Assembly: GCA_028826165.1 (NCBI GenBank)
Contig: JAPDFW010000129.1
Location: 1 to 64,000, forward strand
Origin: Anaeramoeba ignava BMAN
Taxonomy: Eukaryota; Protista; Anaeramoebae
Direction of reading: 5' to 3'
Length of the DNA: 64,000 bases
Part shown: positions 1 to 11,865 of the stretch, piece after piece
Position numbering within the stretch: the stretch's first letter is position 1
How the letters are laid out: every line of letters starts with the position of its first letter
Program-made: the position numbers and the translations under genes
The notes under the pieces: generated by a model
What the model saw: only the letters and a program-made list of their open reading frames with translations
Databases searched by the model: none
Told to the model about the DNA's origin: nothing

Positions 1-1782
1 TGTTTTTGTGAAATGCGTAATTTAATAAATCCATTAAATTTGGATTTGTTTGATTTAATTGAAAATAATCAATTCCAGTTTCAAGTTCTTTAATGATTTT
101 ATTCGTAATTTTAATTCCATTTTTAATTTGATTTGAATAAATCCAATATTCAAGTATTTGAAATGCTTCATTACTTAATTCACTATAATCGTTCACTTGA
201 CTGGAAGTATCATCAGTCACTGCTAAAAACATTCCTCGATATAATTCACTTCTCATTATTAATATTAATTTTGGAAATTTATATTGTTTTTCTTTTCTTT
301 CAATTATAAAATCATTTTCATTTAAATAAATTCTTTTCATTGTTTCTTCAATTGATTCATTTGAATTTATAATTTCTTTAATTTCAGAATATAATTTTGG
401 ATTTATTTTGGAATTATTTGAATAAATCATTTCAAATATTTGATTTGATTCTTGAATTGATTTATTTGAAATAATTTTTTGAAGTTTTTCAATTTCAATT
501 TGATTTTGATCTTTTAATCTATATTTCAATATTAATTTATGAGCTTCAATTATTTCTCCATTTTCTGTTTTAAATGAAAGATTGCAAAATTCTTTTCTTC
601 GAAATAGTTTTATCAAATCTTCTTCAAGATTAGAAAGAAAAGGAGAATAATAAAGGAATGAATTCTCATCTCCACAAGAAATTTGATAATTGGAAATATC
701 AAAAATAAATTTAGGAGGTTCAAGTTCAGCAATTTGGTTGTAATCAAAATACGAATATGTATCTGTTGGTAATCTGGGAAAGTAATGAACACCAAAACCT
801 ATCATCTTTCCATTATAAGTTAAAATCAAAGTATGATATGTTCCAACAGAAAAAACTCGAATTTGATCATTTTCAAATAAAGATGATTTGATTTCAGTAA
901 ATTTTTTACTATCTCGATAACCATACTGTGCATTAAATTGAGAATTTCCACATGAATAAAGTTTTCTTTTTGAATTTTGATTTTCATTTTCATTTTATTT
1001 TCATTTTGATCTTCATTTTCATTTTCATTTTCAATTAACATGATTGAATGATAACATCCACATTGAATATCAATTATTTCTCCTTTTGGAATATCTTCAA
1101 TTTTGGTTAATTGCTTGATTTTCTGTTCGGTTATTGATTCTCCCAATCCAAGTTGGCCATATTTGTTATCACCGCATCCAAATAATTCTTGATTTGAATT
1201 TAAAAGAAAAACATATTTTGAAGAATTTCCTGAAAATATTTTAGAAACATTTTTCATCATTAAAATTGGTTTTTCTGTTTTTTCAAGTGTTTCATAATCA
1301 AAACCAAGTTGGCCATGATCATTTGAACCAATTCCATAAGCATTTCGATTTGAAGTTAATAAGTAAATTGAACTTCTTCCACAAACAATATCTTCAATTT
1401 TTCTATCATTTGTATCTTCAATTAATAATGAAATATTGATAAATTCTTTTGGATTTTTTGAAATAATATCTTTTCCTTTGGCAAATACATTTCCTTCTAT
1501 TGTTAAAATAGCTTCATTTCCAAAACCAACAGTTACTTTTTGAATATTTTCTTCAATTTGAATTTTTTGAGGTTTTTGTTTTTCATTTAAATATTCTATT
1601 GCTTTTCCATTTTCAAAAAGGAAAATTGTTGAATAACTTGAAGAAGAAATTTGTTTAATTTGTTTTTCATTTTCATTTTCATTTTCATTTTCAAAAGTTA
1701 TTCTCATTGGCCGAGTCACTTTTTCAGGTTGGTTTTTTAAAAGATTTGGATGATATTTTCCAACAATCCAAATATTATTCAT
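1..1782 (-). CDS. RCC1-repeat + BTB/POZ protein, copy A (3' end runs off the window; one frameshift near 990)
   Basis: ORF 826-1782 has RCC1 blade motifs (GSNDHGQLG, GDNKYGQLG, CGCYHS). After a frameshift in the NE repeat the frame continues through SNLEEDLIKLFRRKEFCNLSFKTENGEIIEAHKLIL (BTB start) to ...YFQLNQTNPNLMDLL at the window edge. Confidence 0.85.
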
Positions 1783-1840
1783 TTTTGAAAAGAAAAAAAT
1801 GAAAAATGAAAAAAAATGAAAAAAAATTTTAATTTTAATT

Positions 1841-3686
1841 TTAATTTTGATTTTGATTATTAAATTTTTTAATTAATAAATCAAATAAATTTGGATTTGT
1901 TTGATTTAATTGGAAATAATCAATTCCAATTTCAATTTCATCAATAATTTCTTTCGTAATTTGAATTCCATCTTTAATTTGATTTGAATAAATCCAATAT
2001 TCAAATATTTGAAATGATTTATTGCTTAATTCACTATAATCTGTAACTTTATTTGATTCATCTTCTGTTACAGATAAAAACATTCCTCGATATAATTCAC
2101 TTCTCATTATTAATATTAATTTTGGAAATTTATATTGTTTTTCTTTTCTTTCAATTATAAAATCTTTTTCATTTTCATTTTCATTTAAATAAATTCTTTT
2201 CATTGTTTCTTCAATTTTTTCATTTGAATTTATAATTTCTTTAATTTCAGAATATAATTTTGGATTTATTTTGGAATTATTTGAATAAATCATTTCAAAT
2301 ATTTGATTTGATTCTTTAATTGATTTTTTTGAAATAATTTCTTGAAGTTTTTCAATTTCAATTTGATTTTGATTTAATCTATATTTCAATATTAATTTAT
2401 GAGCTTCAATTATTTCTCCATTTTCTGTTTTAAATGAAATATCACAAAATTCTTTTCTTTCAAATAGTTTTATCAAATCTTCTTCAAGATTGGAAAAAGA
2501 AGGAGGAGAATAATAAATAAATGATTTATGAAAAGCACCACAAAGAACATGATAATTGGAAATATCTTCATTAAATCTTAATTTAGGAAATTCAATTTGA
2601 ATTGGAATTAATTGATTTTTTGTATCTCCAGTTCCTAATTCACCATAATCATTTAATCCAAATCCAATTAATTTTGAATTGGAAGTTAAAATCAAAGTAT
2701 GTTTATATGCAACAGAAATTTCAAGAATATTATCATCATCATTTTCAAATAAAGTTGATTTGATTTCAGTAAATTCATAAGTATTTTCATCTTTTCCAAG
2801 TCCATTATATCTCAAATCTCCACATGAATAAAGTTTTCTTTTTGGATTTTCATTTTGATTTTCATTTTCAATCAATATTATTGAATGATAATTTCCACAT
2901 TGAATATCAATTATTTTTACCTTTTGGAATATTTTGGATTTTGGTTAATTTTTCAATTTTTTGTTCTTTTCTTGATTCTCCTAATCCAACTATACCTGAA
3001 AAATTTGCACCACATCCAAATAATTCTTGATTTGAATTTAAAAGAAAAACATGAGTTGAACAATTTCCTGAAAATATTTTAGAAACATTTTTCATCATTA
3101 AAATTGGTTTTTCTGTTTTTTCAAGTGTTTTATAATCAAAACCAAGTTGACCATATCCATTTGAACCAATTCCATAAGCATTTTGATTTGAAGTTAATAA
3201 ATAAGTTGCATCCCATCCAGAAACAATATCTTCAATTATTCTATCATTTGTATCTTCAATTAATGATGAAATATTGATAAATTGATTTGGATTATCTGGA
3301 TTAATATTTCCTCCTTTGGCAAATACATTTCCTTCTTTTGTTAAAATAGCTACATTATCATCACCAACAGTTACTTTTTGAATATTTTCTTCAATTTGGA
3401 TTTTTTCAGATTTTTGTTTTGAATCATTTTCATTTAAATATTCTATTGCTTTTCCATTGTCAAAAAGGAAAATTGTTGAAACATTTGAAGAAGAAATTTG
3501 TTTAATTTGTTTTTCATTTTCATTTTCATTTTCATTTTCATTTTCATTTTCATTTTCATTTTCATTTTCATTTTCATTTTCATTTTCAAATTTAAATTTA
3601 AATTGAATTGGTTTTGTTATTTCATCTGGTTTATTTTTGATAAGTTTTGGATATTCATTTTGACCAAAAAATAAACAATCATTCAT
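1841..3686 (-). CDS. RCC1-repeat + BTB/POZ protein, copy B (frameshift near 2915)
   Basis: ORFs 2907-3686 and 1841-2875 join if one A is removed from GGT AAAA AT. RCC1 blades, then FCDISFK..AHKLIL and a second BTB-like half (KDFII..LILIMRSELYRGMF..FEYWIYSN). Confidence 0.88.
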
Positions 3687-3860
3687 TTTTTGAAAAGAAA
3701 AAAAATGAAAAAAATGAAAAAATGAATTTTAATTTTGATTTTGATTTTAATTTTAATTTTAATTTTAATTTTAATTTTAATTTTAATTTTAATTTTAATT
3801 TTAATTTTGATTTTAATTTTAATTTTAATTTTGATTTTAATTTTAATTTTAATTTTAATT

Positions 3861-5674
3861 TTAATTTTGATTTTGATTTTTAAATTTGTTAATTAATAAA
3901 TCAAATAAATTTGGATTTGTTTGATTTAATTGAAAATAATCAATTCCTCTTTCAAGTTCTTTGATGATTTCTTTCGTAATTTGAATTCCATTTTTAATTT
4001 GATTTGAATAAATCCAATATTCAAATATTTGAAATGATTTATTACTTAATTCACTATAATCTGTAACTTTATTTGAAGTATCATTTGTTACAGATAAAAA
4101 CATTCCTCGATATAATTCACTTCTCATTATTAATATTAATTTAGGAAATTTATATTGTTTTTCTTTTCTTTCAATAATAAAATCTTTTTCATTTTCATTT
4201 TCATTTAAATAAATTCTTTTAATTGTTTCTTCAATTTTTTCATTTGAATTTATAATTTCTTTAATTTCAGAATATAATTTTGGATTTATTTTGGAATTAT
4301 TTGAATAAATCATTTCAAATATTTGATTAGATTCTTTAATTGATTTATTTGAAATAATTTCTTGGAGTTTTTCAATTTCATTTTGATTTTGATTTAATCT
4401 ATATTTCAATATTAATTTATGAGCTTTGATTATTTCTCCATTTTCTGTTTTAAATGAAATATCACAAAATTCTTTTCTTTTAAATAATTTTATCAAATCT
4501 TCTTCAAGATTGGAAAAAGAAGAAAGAAAAGGAGAATAATAAAGAAATGATTTATGAAAAGCACCACAAAGAACATGATAATTGGAAATATCTTCATTAA
4601 ATCTTAATTTAGGAAGTTCAATTTGAATTGGAATTAATTGATCTTCTGTATTTCCATTTCCTAATTCACCCCAGTTATTTAATCCAAATGAAATTAATTT
4701 TGAATTGGAAGTTAAAATCAAAGTATGCTTATATGCAACAGAAATTTCAAGAATGTTATCATCATTTTCAAATAAAGATGATTTAATTTCAGTAAATTCA
4801 TAAGTATATTCATTTTTGCCAAGTCCATTATATTCGGACTCTCCACATGAATAAAGTTTTCTTTTTGGATTTTCATTTTGATTTTCATTTTCAATCAACA
4901 TTATTGAATGATAATTTCCACATTGAATATCAATTATTTTACCTTTTGGAATATTTTGGATTTTGGTTAATTTTTTGATTTTTGTTTCTTTTTTTCTTGA
5001 TTCTCCTAATCCAAGTCTACCTGAAAAATTTGCACCACATCCAAATAATTCTTGATTTGAATTCAAAAGAAAAACATAAGTTGAACAATTTCCTGAAAAT
5101 ATTTTAGAAACATTTTTCATCATTAAAATTGGTTTTTCTGTTTTTTCAAGTGTTTTATAATCAAAACCAAGTTGACTATCATAATTAGAACCAATTCCAT
5201 AAGCATTTTGATTTGAAGTTAATAAATAAGTTGCATCCCATCCAGAAACAATATCTTGAATTATTCTATCATTTTATCTTCAATTAATGATGAAATATTG
5301 ATAAATTCTTTTGGATTATCTGGATTAATATTTCCTCCTTTTGCAAATACATTTCCTTCTATTGTTAAAATAGCTACATTATCATCACCAACAGTTACTT
5401 TTTGAATATTTTCTTCAATTTGGATTTTTGAAGGATTTTGTTTTGAATCATTTTCATTTAAATATTCTATTGCTTTTCCATTTTCAAAAAGGAAAATTGT
5501 TGAAACATTTGAAGATGAAATTTGTTTAATTTGTTTTTCATTTTCATTTTCATTTTCATTTTCATTTTCATTTTCATTTTCAAATTTAAATTGAATTGGT
5601 TTTGTTATTTTATCTGGTTTATTTTTGATAAGAATTGGATATTCATTTTGACCAAAAAATAAAATTTCATTCAT
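3861..5674 (-). CDS. RCC1-repeat + BTB/POZ protein, copy C (frameshift near 5272)
   Basis: ORFs 5261-5674 and 3861-5123 plus the intervening in-frame sequence (GWDATY..GSNYDSQLG). One A is missing at GAT AAA (A)AT GAT relative to paralogs. Confidence 0.88.
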
Positions 5675-5749
5675 TTTTGAAAAGAAAAAAAATAAAAAAA
5701 TGAAAAATGAAAAAATAAATTTTAATTTAAATTTTAATTTTAATTTTAA

Positions 5750-5835
5750 TTATTAAATTTGTTAATTAATAAATCAATAAATTTGGATTTGTTTGATTTA
5801 ATTGAAAATAATTAATTCCTGTTTGAATTTCATCA
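5750..5835 (-). pseudogene. Orphan 3' fragment of an RCC1-BTB copy
   Basis: The reverse strand reads DEIQTGINYFQLNQTNPNL.., the family C-terminus, stranded between the stop of copy D and the start of copy C. Confidence 0.75.
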
Positions 5836-5845
5836 AAAAATTAAT

Positions 5846-7660
5846 TTAACAAATTAAACATTTCCTTTTTTGATTTTGATTTTGATTTTGATTTTTAAAT
5901 TTCTTAATTAATAAATCAAATAAATTTGGATTTGTTTGATTTAATTGAAAATAATCAATTCCAATTTTAATTTCATCAATAATTTCTTGTGTAATTTGAA
6001 TTTCATCTTTAATTTGATTTGAATAAATCCAATATTCAAATATTTGAAATGATTTATTACTTAATTCACTATAATCTGTAACTTTATTTGATTTATCTTC
6101 AGTTACAGATAAAAACATTCCTCGATATAATTCACTTCTCATTATTAATATTAATTTTGGAAATTTATATTGTTTTTCTTTTCTTTCAATAATAAAATCT
6201 TTTTCATTTTCATTTAAATAAATTCTTTTCATTGTTTCTTCAATTGATTCATTTAAATTTATAATTTCTTTAATTTCAGAATATAATTTTGGATTTATTA
6301 TTCTGTTTGAATAAATCATTTCAAATATTTGATTTGATTCTTTAATTGATTTTTTTGAAATAATTTCTTGAAGTTTTTCAATTTCAATTTCAATTTGATT
6401 TAATCTATATTTCAATATTAATTTATGAGCTTCAATTATTTCTCCATTTTCTGTTTTAAATGAAATATCACAAAATTCTTTTCTTTCAAATAGTCTTATC
6501 AAATCTTCTTCAAGATTAGAAAAAGAAGGAGGAGAATAATAAATAAATGATTTATGAAAAGCACCACAAAGAACATGATAATTGGAAATATCTTCATTAA
6601 ATCTTAATTTAGGAAGTTCAATTTGAATTGGAATTAATTGATCTTCTGTATTTCCAGTTCCTAATTCACCATAATCATTATCTCCAAATGAAATTATTTT
6701 CCCTTTTTGAAGTTAAAATCAAATTATGTTTATATGCAACAGAAATTTCAAGAATATCATCATTATTTTCAAATAAAAATGATTTGATTTCAGTAAATTC
6801 ATAATTATTTTCATTTTTGCCAAATCCATTCCAATGATAATCTCCACATGAATAAAGTTTTCTTTTTGGATTTTCATTTTCATTTTCATTTTCAATCAAC
6901 ATTATTGAATGGACATATCCACATTGAATATCAATTATTTTACCTTTTGGAATATTTTGGATTTTGGTTAATTTTTCGATTGTTGTTTCTTCTTTTCTTG
7001 ATTCTCCTAATCCAAGTTGACTATAATAATTATATCCGCATCCAAATAATTCTTGATTTGAATTTAAAAGAAAAACATGATAAGAAGAATTTCCTGAAAA
7101 TATTTTAGAAACATTTTTCATCATTAAAATTGGCTTTTCTGTTTTTTGAAGTGTTTCATAATCAAAACCAAGTTGACAATAATGATTTGAACCAATTCCA
7201 TAAACATTTTGATTTGAAGTTAATAAGTAAATTGAACTGTATCCAGAAACAATATCTTCAATTATTTTATCATTTTTATCTTCAATTAATGATGAAATAT
7301 TGATAAATTCTTTTGGATTATCTGGATTAATATCTTCTCCTTTTGCAAATACATTTCCTTCTATTGTTAAAATAGCTACATTATCATAACCAACAGTTAC
7401 TTTTTGAATATTTTCTTCAATTTGGATTTTTGAAGGATTTTGATTTGAATCATTTTCATTTAAATATTCTATTGCTTTTCCATTTTCAAAAAGGAAAATT
7501 GTTGAAACATTTGAAGAAGAAATTTGTTTAATTTGTTTTTCATTTTCATTTTCATTTTCATTTTCAAATTTAAATTGAATTGGTTTTGTTATTCTTTTTG
7601 GTTTATTTTTGATAAATATTGGTTTATTTGAACCAAATTTAAAATTTTGATTTTAATTTT
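5846..7660 (-). CDS. RCC1-repeat + BTB/POZ protein, copy D (no ATG at the expected place; frameshift near 6705; ends KRKCLIC)
   Basis: Homology extends to about 7640 (FGSNKPIFIKNKPKRITKPIQFKF), but the conserved CAAAAATG context reads CAAAAATT. ORFs 6678-7124 and 5846-6502. Either a pseudogene or an assembly error. Confidence 0.7.
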
Positions 7661-7721
7661 TGAAAAATTTGAATTTTGATTTTAATTTTAAAAAATGAAA
7701 AATGAAAAATGAATTTTGATT

Positions 7722-9529
7722 TTAATTTTGAATTTTTTTAATTTTGATTTTGATTATTAAATTTTTAATTAATAAATCAAATAAATTTGGATTTGTTTGA
7801 TTTAATTGAAAATAATCAATTCCTGTTTGAATTTCATCAATTATTTCTTGTGTAATTTGAATTTCATCTTTAATTTGATTTGAATAAATCCAATATTCAA
7901 ATATTTGAAATGATTTATTACTTAATTCACTATAATCTGTAACTTTATTAGAAGTATCATTTGTTACAGATAAAAACATTCCTCGATATAATTCACTTCT
8001 CATTATTAATATTAATTTTGGAAATTTATATTGTTTTTCTTCTCTTTCAATTATAAAATCTTTTTCATTTTCATTTTCATTTTCATTTAAATAAATTCTT
8101 TTCATTGTTTCTTCAATTTTTTCATTTGAATTTATAATTTCTTTAATTTCAGAATATAATTTTGGATTTATATTAGAATTGTTTGAATAAATCATTTCAA
8201 ATATTTGATTGGATTCTTTAATTGATTTTTTGAAATAATTTCTTGAAGTTTTTCAATTTGATTTTCATAATCTTTTAATCTATATTTCAATATTAATTTA
8301 TGAGCTTCAATTATTTCTCCATTTTCTGTTTTAAATGAAATATCACAAAATTCTTTTCTTTCAAATAGTTTTATCAAATCTTCTTCAAGATTGGAAAAAG
8401 AAGGAGAAGAATAATAAATAAATGATTTATGAAAAGCACCACAAAGAACATGATAATTAGAAATATTTTCATTAAATCTTAATTTAGGAAGTTCAATTTG
8501 AATTGGAATTAATTGATCTTCTGTATTTCCAGTTCCTAATTCACCATAATCATTTAATCCAAATCCAATTATTTTCCCTTTTGAAGTTAAAATCAAAGTA
8601 TGCTTATATGCAACAGAAATTTCAAGAATATTATCATCATTTTCAAATAAAGATGATTTGATTTCAGTAAATTCATAAGTATTTTCATTTTTGCCAAATC
8701 CATTCCAATGATAATCTCCACATGAATAAAGTTTTCTTTTTGGATTTTCATTTTCATTTTCATTTTCATTTTCAATCAACATTATTGAATGATAATTTCC
8801 ACATTGAATATCAATTATTTTACCTTTTGGAATATTTTGGATTTTGGTTAATTTTTGGATTGCTTCTTCTTTTTTTGATTCTCCTAATCCAAGTATACCT
8901 GAAAAATTTGCACCACATCCAAATAATTCTTGATTTAAATTTAAAAGAAAAACACAAGTTGAACAATTTCCTGAAAATATTTTAGAAACATTTTTCATCA
9001 TTAAAATTGGTTTTTGTGTTTTTTCAAGTGTTTCAGAACCAAGTTGACCATGATAATTAGCACCAATTCCATAAACATTTTGATTTGAAGTTAATAAATA
9101 AGTTGCATCCCATCCAGAAACAATATCTTGAATTATTCTATCATTTGTATCTTCAATTAATGATGAAATATTGATAAATTTTTTTGGATTATCTTGATTA
9201 ATATCTTTTCCTTTGGCAAATACATTTCCTTTTATTGTTAAAATAGCTACATTTTCATCGCCAATAGTTACTTTTTGAATATTTTCTTCAATTTGGATTT
9301 TTTCAGGTTTTTGTTTTGAATCATTTTCATTTAAATATTCTATTGCTTTTCCATTTTTGAAAAGGAAAATTGTTGAAACATTTGAAGATGAAATTTGTTT
9401 AATTTGTTTTTCATTTTCATTTTCATTTTCATTTTCAAATTTAAATTGGATTGGTTTTGTTATTTTATCTGGTTTATTTTTGATAAATATTGGATATTTA
9501 TTCCAACCAAAAAATAAAACTTCATTCAT
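7722..9529 (-). CDS. RCC1-repeat + BTB/POZ protein, copy E (frameshift near 8228)
   Basis: ORFs 8192-9529 and 7722-8195; one A missing in TCA AAA AAA TCA relative to paralogs. Confidence 0.88.
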
Positions 9530-9599
9530 TTTTGAAAAGAAAAAAATGAAAAATGAAAATCCAAAATAAATTTGTTTTTCATTTTTTTCATTTTTAAAA

Positions 9600-11581
9600 A
9601 TGAATGATTGTTTATTTTGTGGTCAAAACGAAAAACCCATTTTCTTTCAAGAGAAATCTATTATGATAAAAAAGTTAATGAAATTTCCTTTTGAAAATGA
9701 AAATGAAAAACAAATTAAACAAATTTCAACAGGTTCTTCAACAATTTTCCTTTTTGAAAATGGAAAAGCAATAGAATATTTATATGAAAACTCATTTCAA
9801 AAACCTCATAAAATTCAAATTGAAAATATTCAAAAAGTAACTGTTAGTTATAAAAATGAGGCTATTTTAACAAAAGAAGGAAATGTATTTGCCAAAGGAA
9901 AAGATATTAATACAGATATTTACAAAAAGCCAAAAAAGCCAAAAAAGTCTAAAAAGTCTAAAAAGTCTAAAAATCCAAAAAATTCAAATCAATTTATCAA
10001 TATTTCATCATTAATTGAAAATAAAAATGATAGAATAATTGAAGATATTGTTTCTGGATCTCGTTCAATTTACTTATTAACTTCAAATCAAATGCTTATG
10101 GAATTGGTTCAAATCAATATGAACAACTTGGTTTCGATTCTAAAACACTTCCAAAAACAAAAAAACCAATTTTAATGATGAAAAATGTTTCTAAAATATT
10201 TTCAGGAAATTCTTCAAAAAATGTTTTTCTTTTAAATTCAAATCAAGAATTATTTGGATGCGGATATAATAGTTCTGGTCAACTTGGATTAGGAGAATCA
10301 ACAAGAGAAGAAACAAAAATCAATAAATTAACCAAAATCCAAAATATTCCAAAAGGTAAAATAATTGATATTCAATGTGGAAGTGCTTATTCAATAATGT
10401 TGACTGAAAATGAAAATCAAAATCAAAATCCAAAAAGAAAACTTTATTCATGTGGATATTATTCAAATAATGGACTTGGCAAAAATGAAAATACTTATGA
10501 ATTTACTGAAATCAAATCATCTTTATTTGATAATGATTATATTCTTGATATTTCTGTTGGAATTTTTGAGACTTTGATTTTAACAATAAAAGGGAAATTA
10601 ATTGCATTTGGGCAAAATTATTTTGGTCAATTAGGAACTGGAGATACAAAAAATCAAAAAATTCCAATTCAAATTGAACTTCCTAAATTAAGATTTAATG
10701 AAGATATTTCCAATTATCATATTTCTTGTGGAAATCAAAGAACATTTCTTTATTATTCTCCTCCTTCTTTTTCTAATCTTGAAGAAGATTTGATAAAATT
10801 ATTTGAAAGAAAAGAATTTTGTGATATTTCATTTAAAACAGAAAATGGAGAAATAATTGAAGCTCATAAATTAATATTGGAATATAGATTAAATCAAAAT
10901 CAAAATCAAAATCAAAATCAAAATCAAATTGAAAAACTTCAAGAAATTATTTCAAAAAAATCAATTAAAGAATCAAATCAAATATTTGAAATGATTTATT
11001 CAAACAGAATAATAAATTCAAAATTATATTATGAAATTAAAGAAATTATAAATTTAAATGAAAAAATTGAAGAAACAATTAAAAGAATTTATTTAAATGA
11101 AAATGAAAATGAAAATGAAAAAGATTTTATAATTGAAAGAAAAGAAAAACAATATAAATTTCCAAAATTAATATTAATAATGAGAAGTGAATTATATCGA
11201 GGAATGTTTTTATCTGTAACAAATGATACTTCAAATAAAGTTACAGATTATAGTGAATTAAGTGATAAATCATTTCAAATATTTGAATATTGGATTTATT
11301 CAAATCAAATTAAAAATGGAATTCAAATTACAAAAGAAATTATTGATGAAATTAAAACTGGAATTGATTATTTTCAATTAAATCAAACAAATCCAAATTT
11401 ATTTGATTTATTAATTAAAAAATTTAAAAACCAAAACCAAAACCAAAACCAAAATCAAAACCAAAATCAAAATCAAAATCCAAAATCAAAACCAAAACCA
11501 AAACCCAAAAGAAAATCAAAATTCAAAAAGAAAAAAATAAAACCAAAAAAAAATCAAAACAGAAATTCAAATCAAAATTAA
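9600..11581 (+). CDS. RCC1-repeat + BTB/POZ protein, copy F (inverted; frameshift near 10090; Lys-rich insert and tail)
   Basis: ORFs 9600-10175 and 10175-11581 carry the same motifs as copies A-E on the opposite strand. Confidence 0.88.
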
Positions 11582-11865
11582 AATTCAAAATCAAAATTGA
11601 AAATTAAAATTAAAATTTAAAATCAAAATTAAAATTAAAATTAAATTCAAAATAAAATTCAAATCAAAATTAAAATTCAAAATCAAAATCAAAATCAAAA
11701 CAGAAATTCAAATCAAAATTAAAATTCAAAATCAAAATTGAAAATTAAAATTAAAATTTAAAATCAAAATTAAAATTAAAATTAAAATTAAATTCAAAAT
11801 CAAAATTAAAATTAAATTCAAAATAAAATTCAAAATTCATTTTTCATTTTTTTTCTTTTTCAAAA

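Noticed and set aside
1841-1860. TAA reassigned to Gln (AATCAA tracts continuing as AATTAA)
   Set aside because: Conserved genes (eEF2, OST4, RPL7A) end at TAA at or near the expected position, and no in-frame TAA sits at conserved Gln sites in eEF2.
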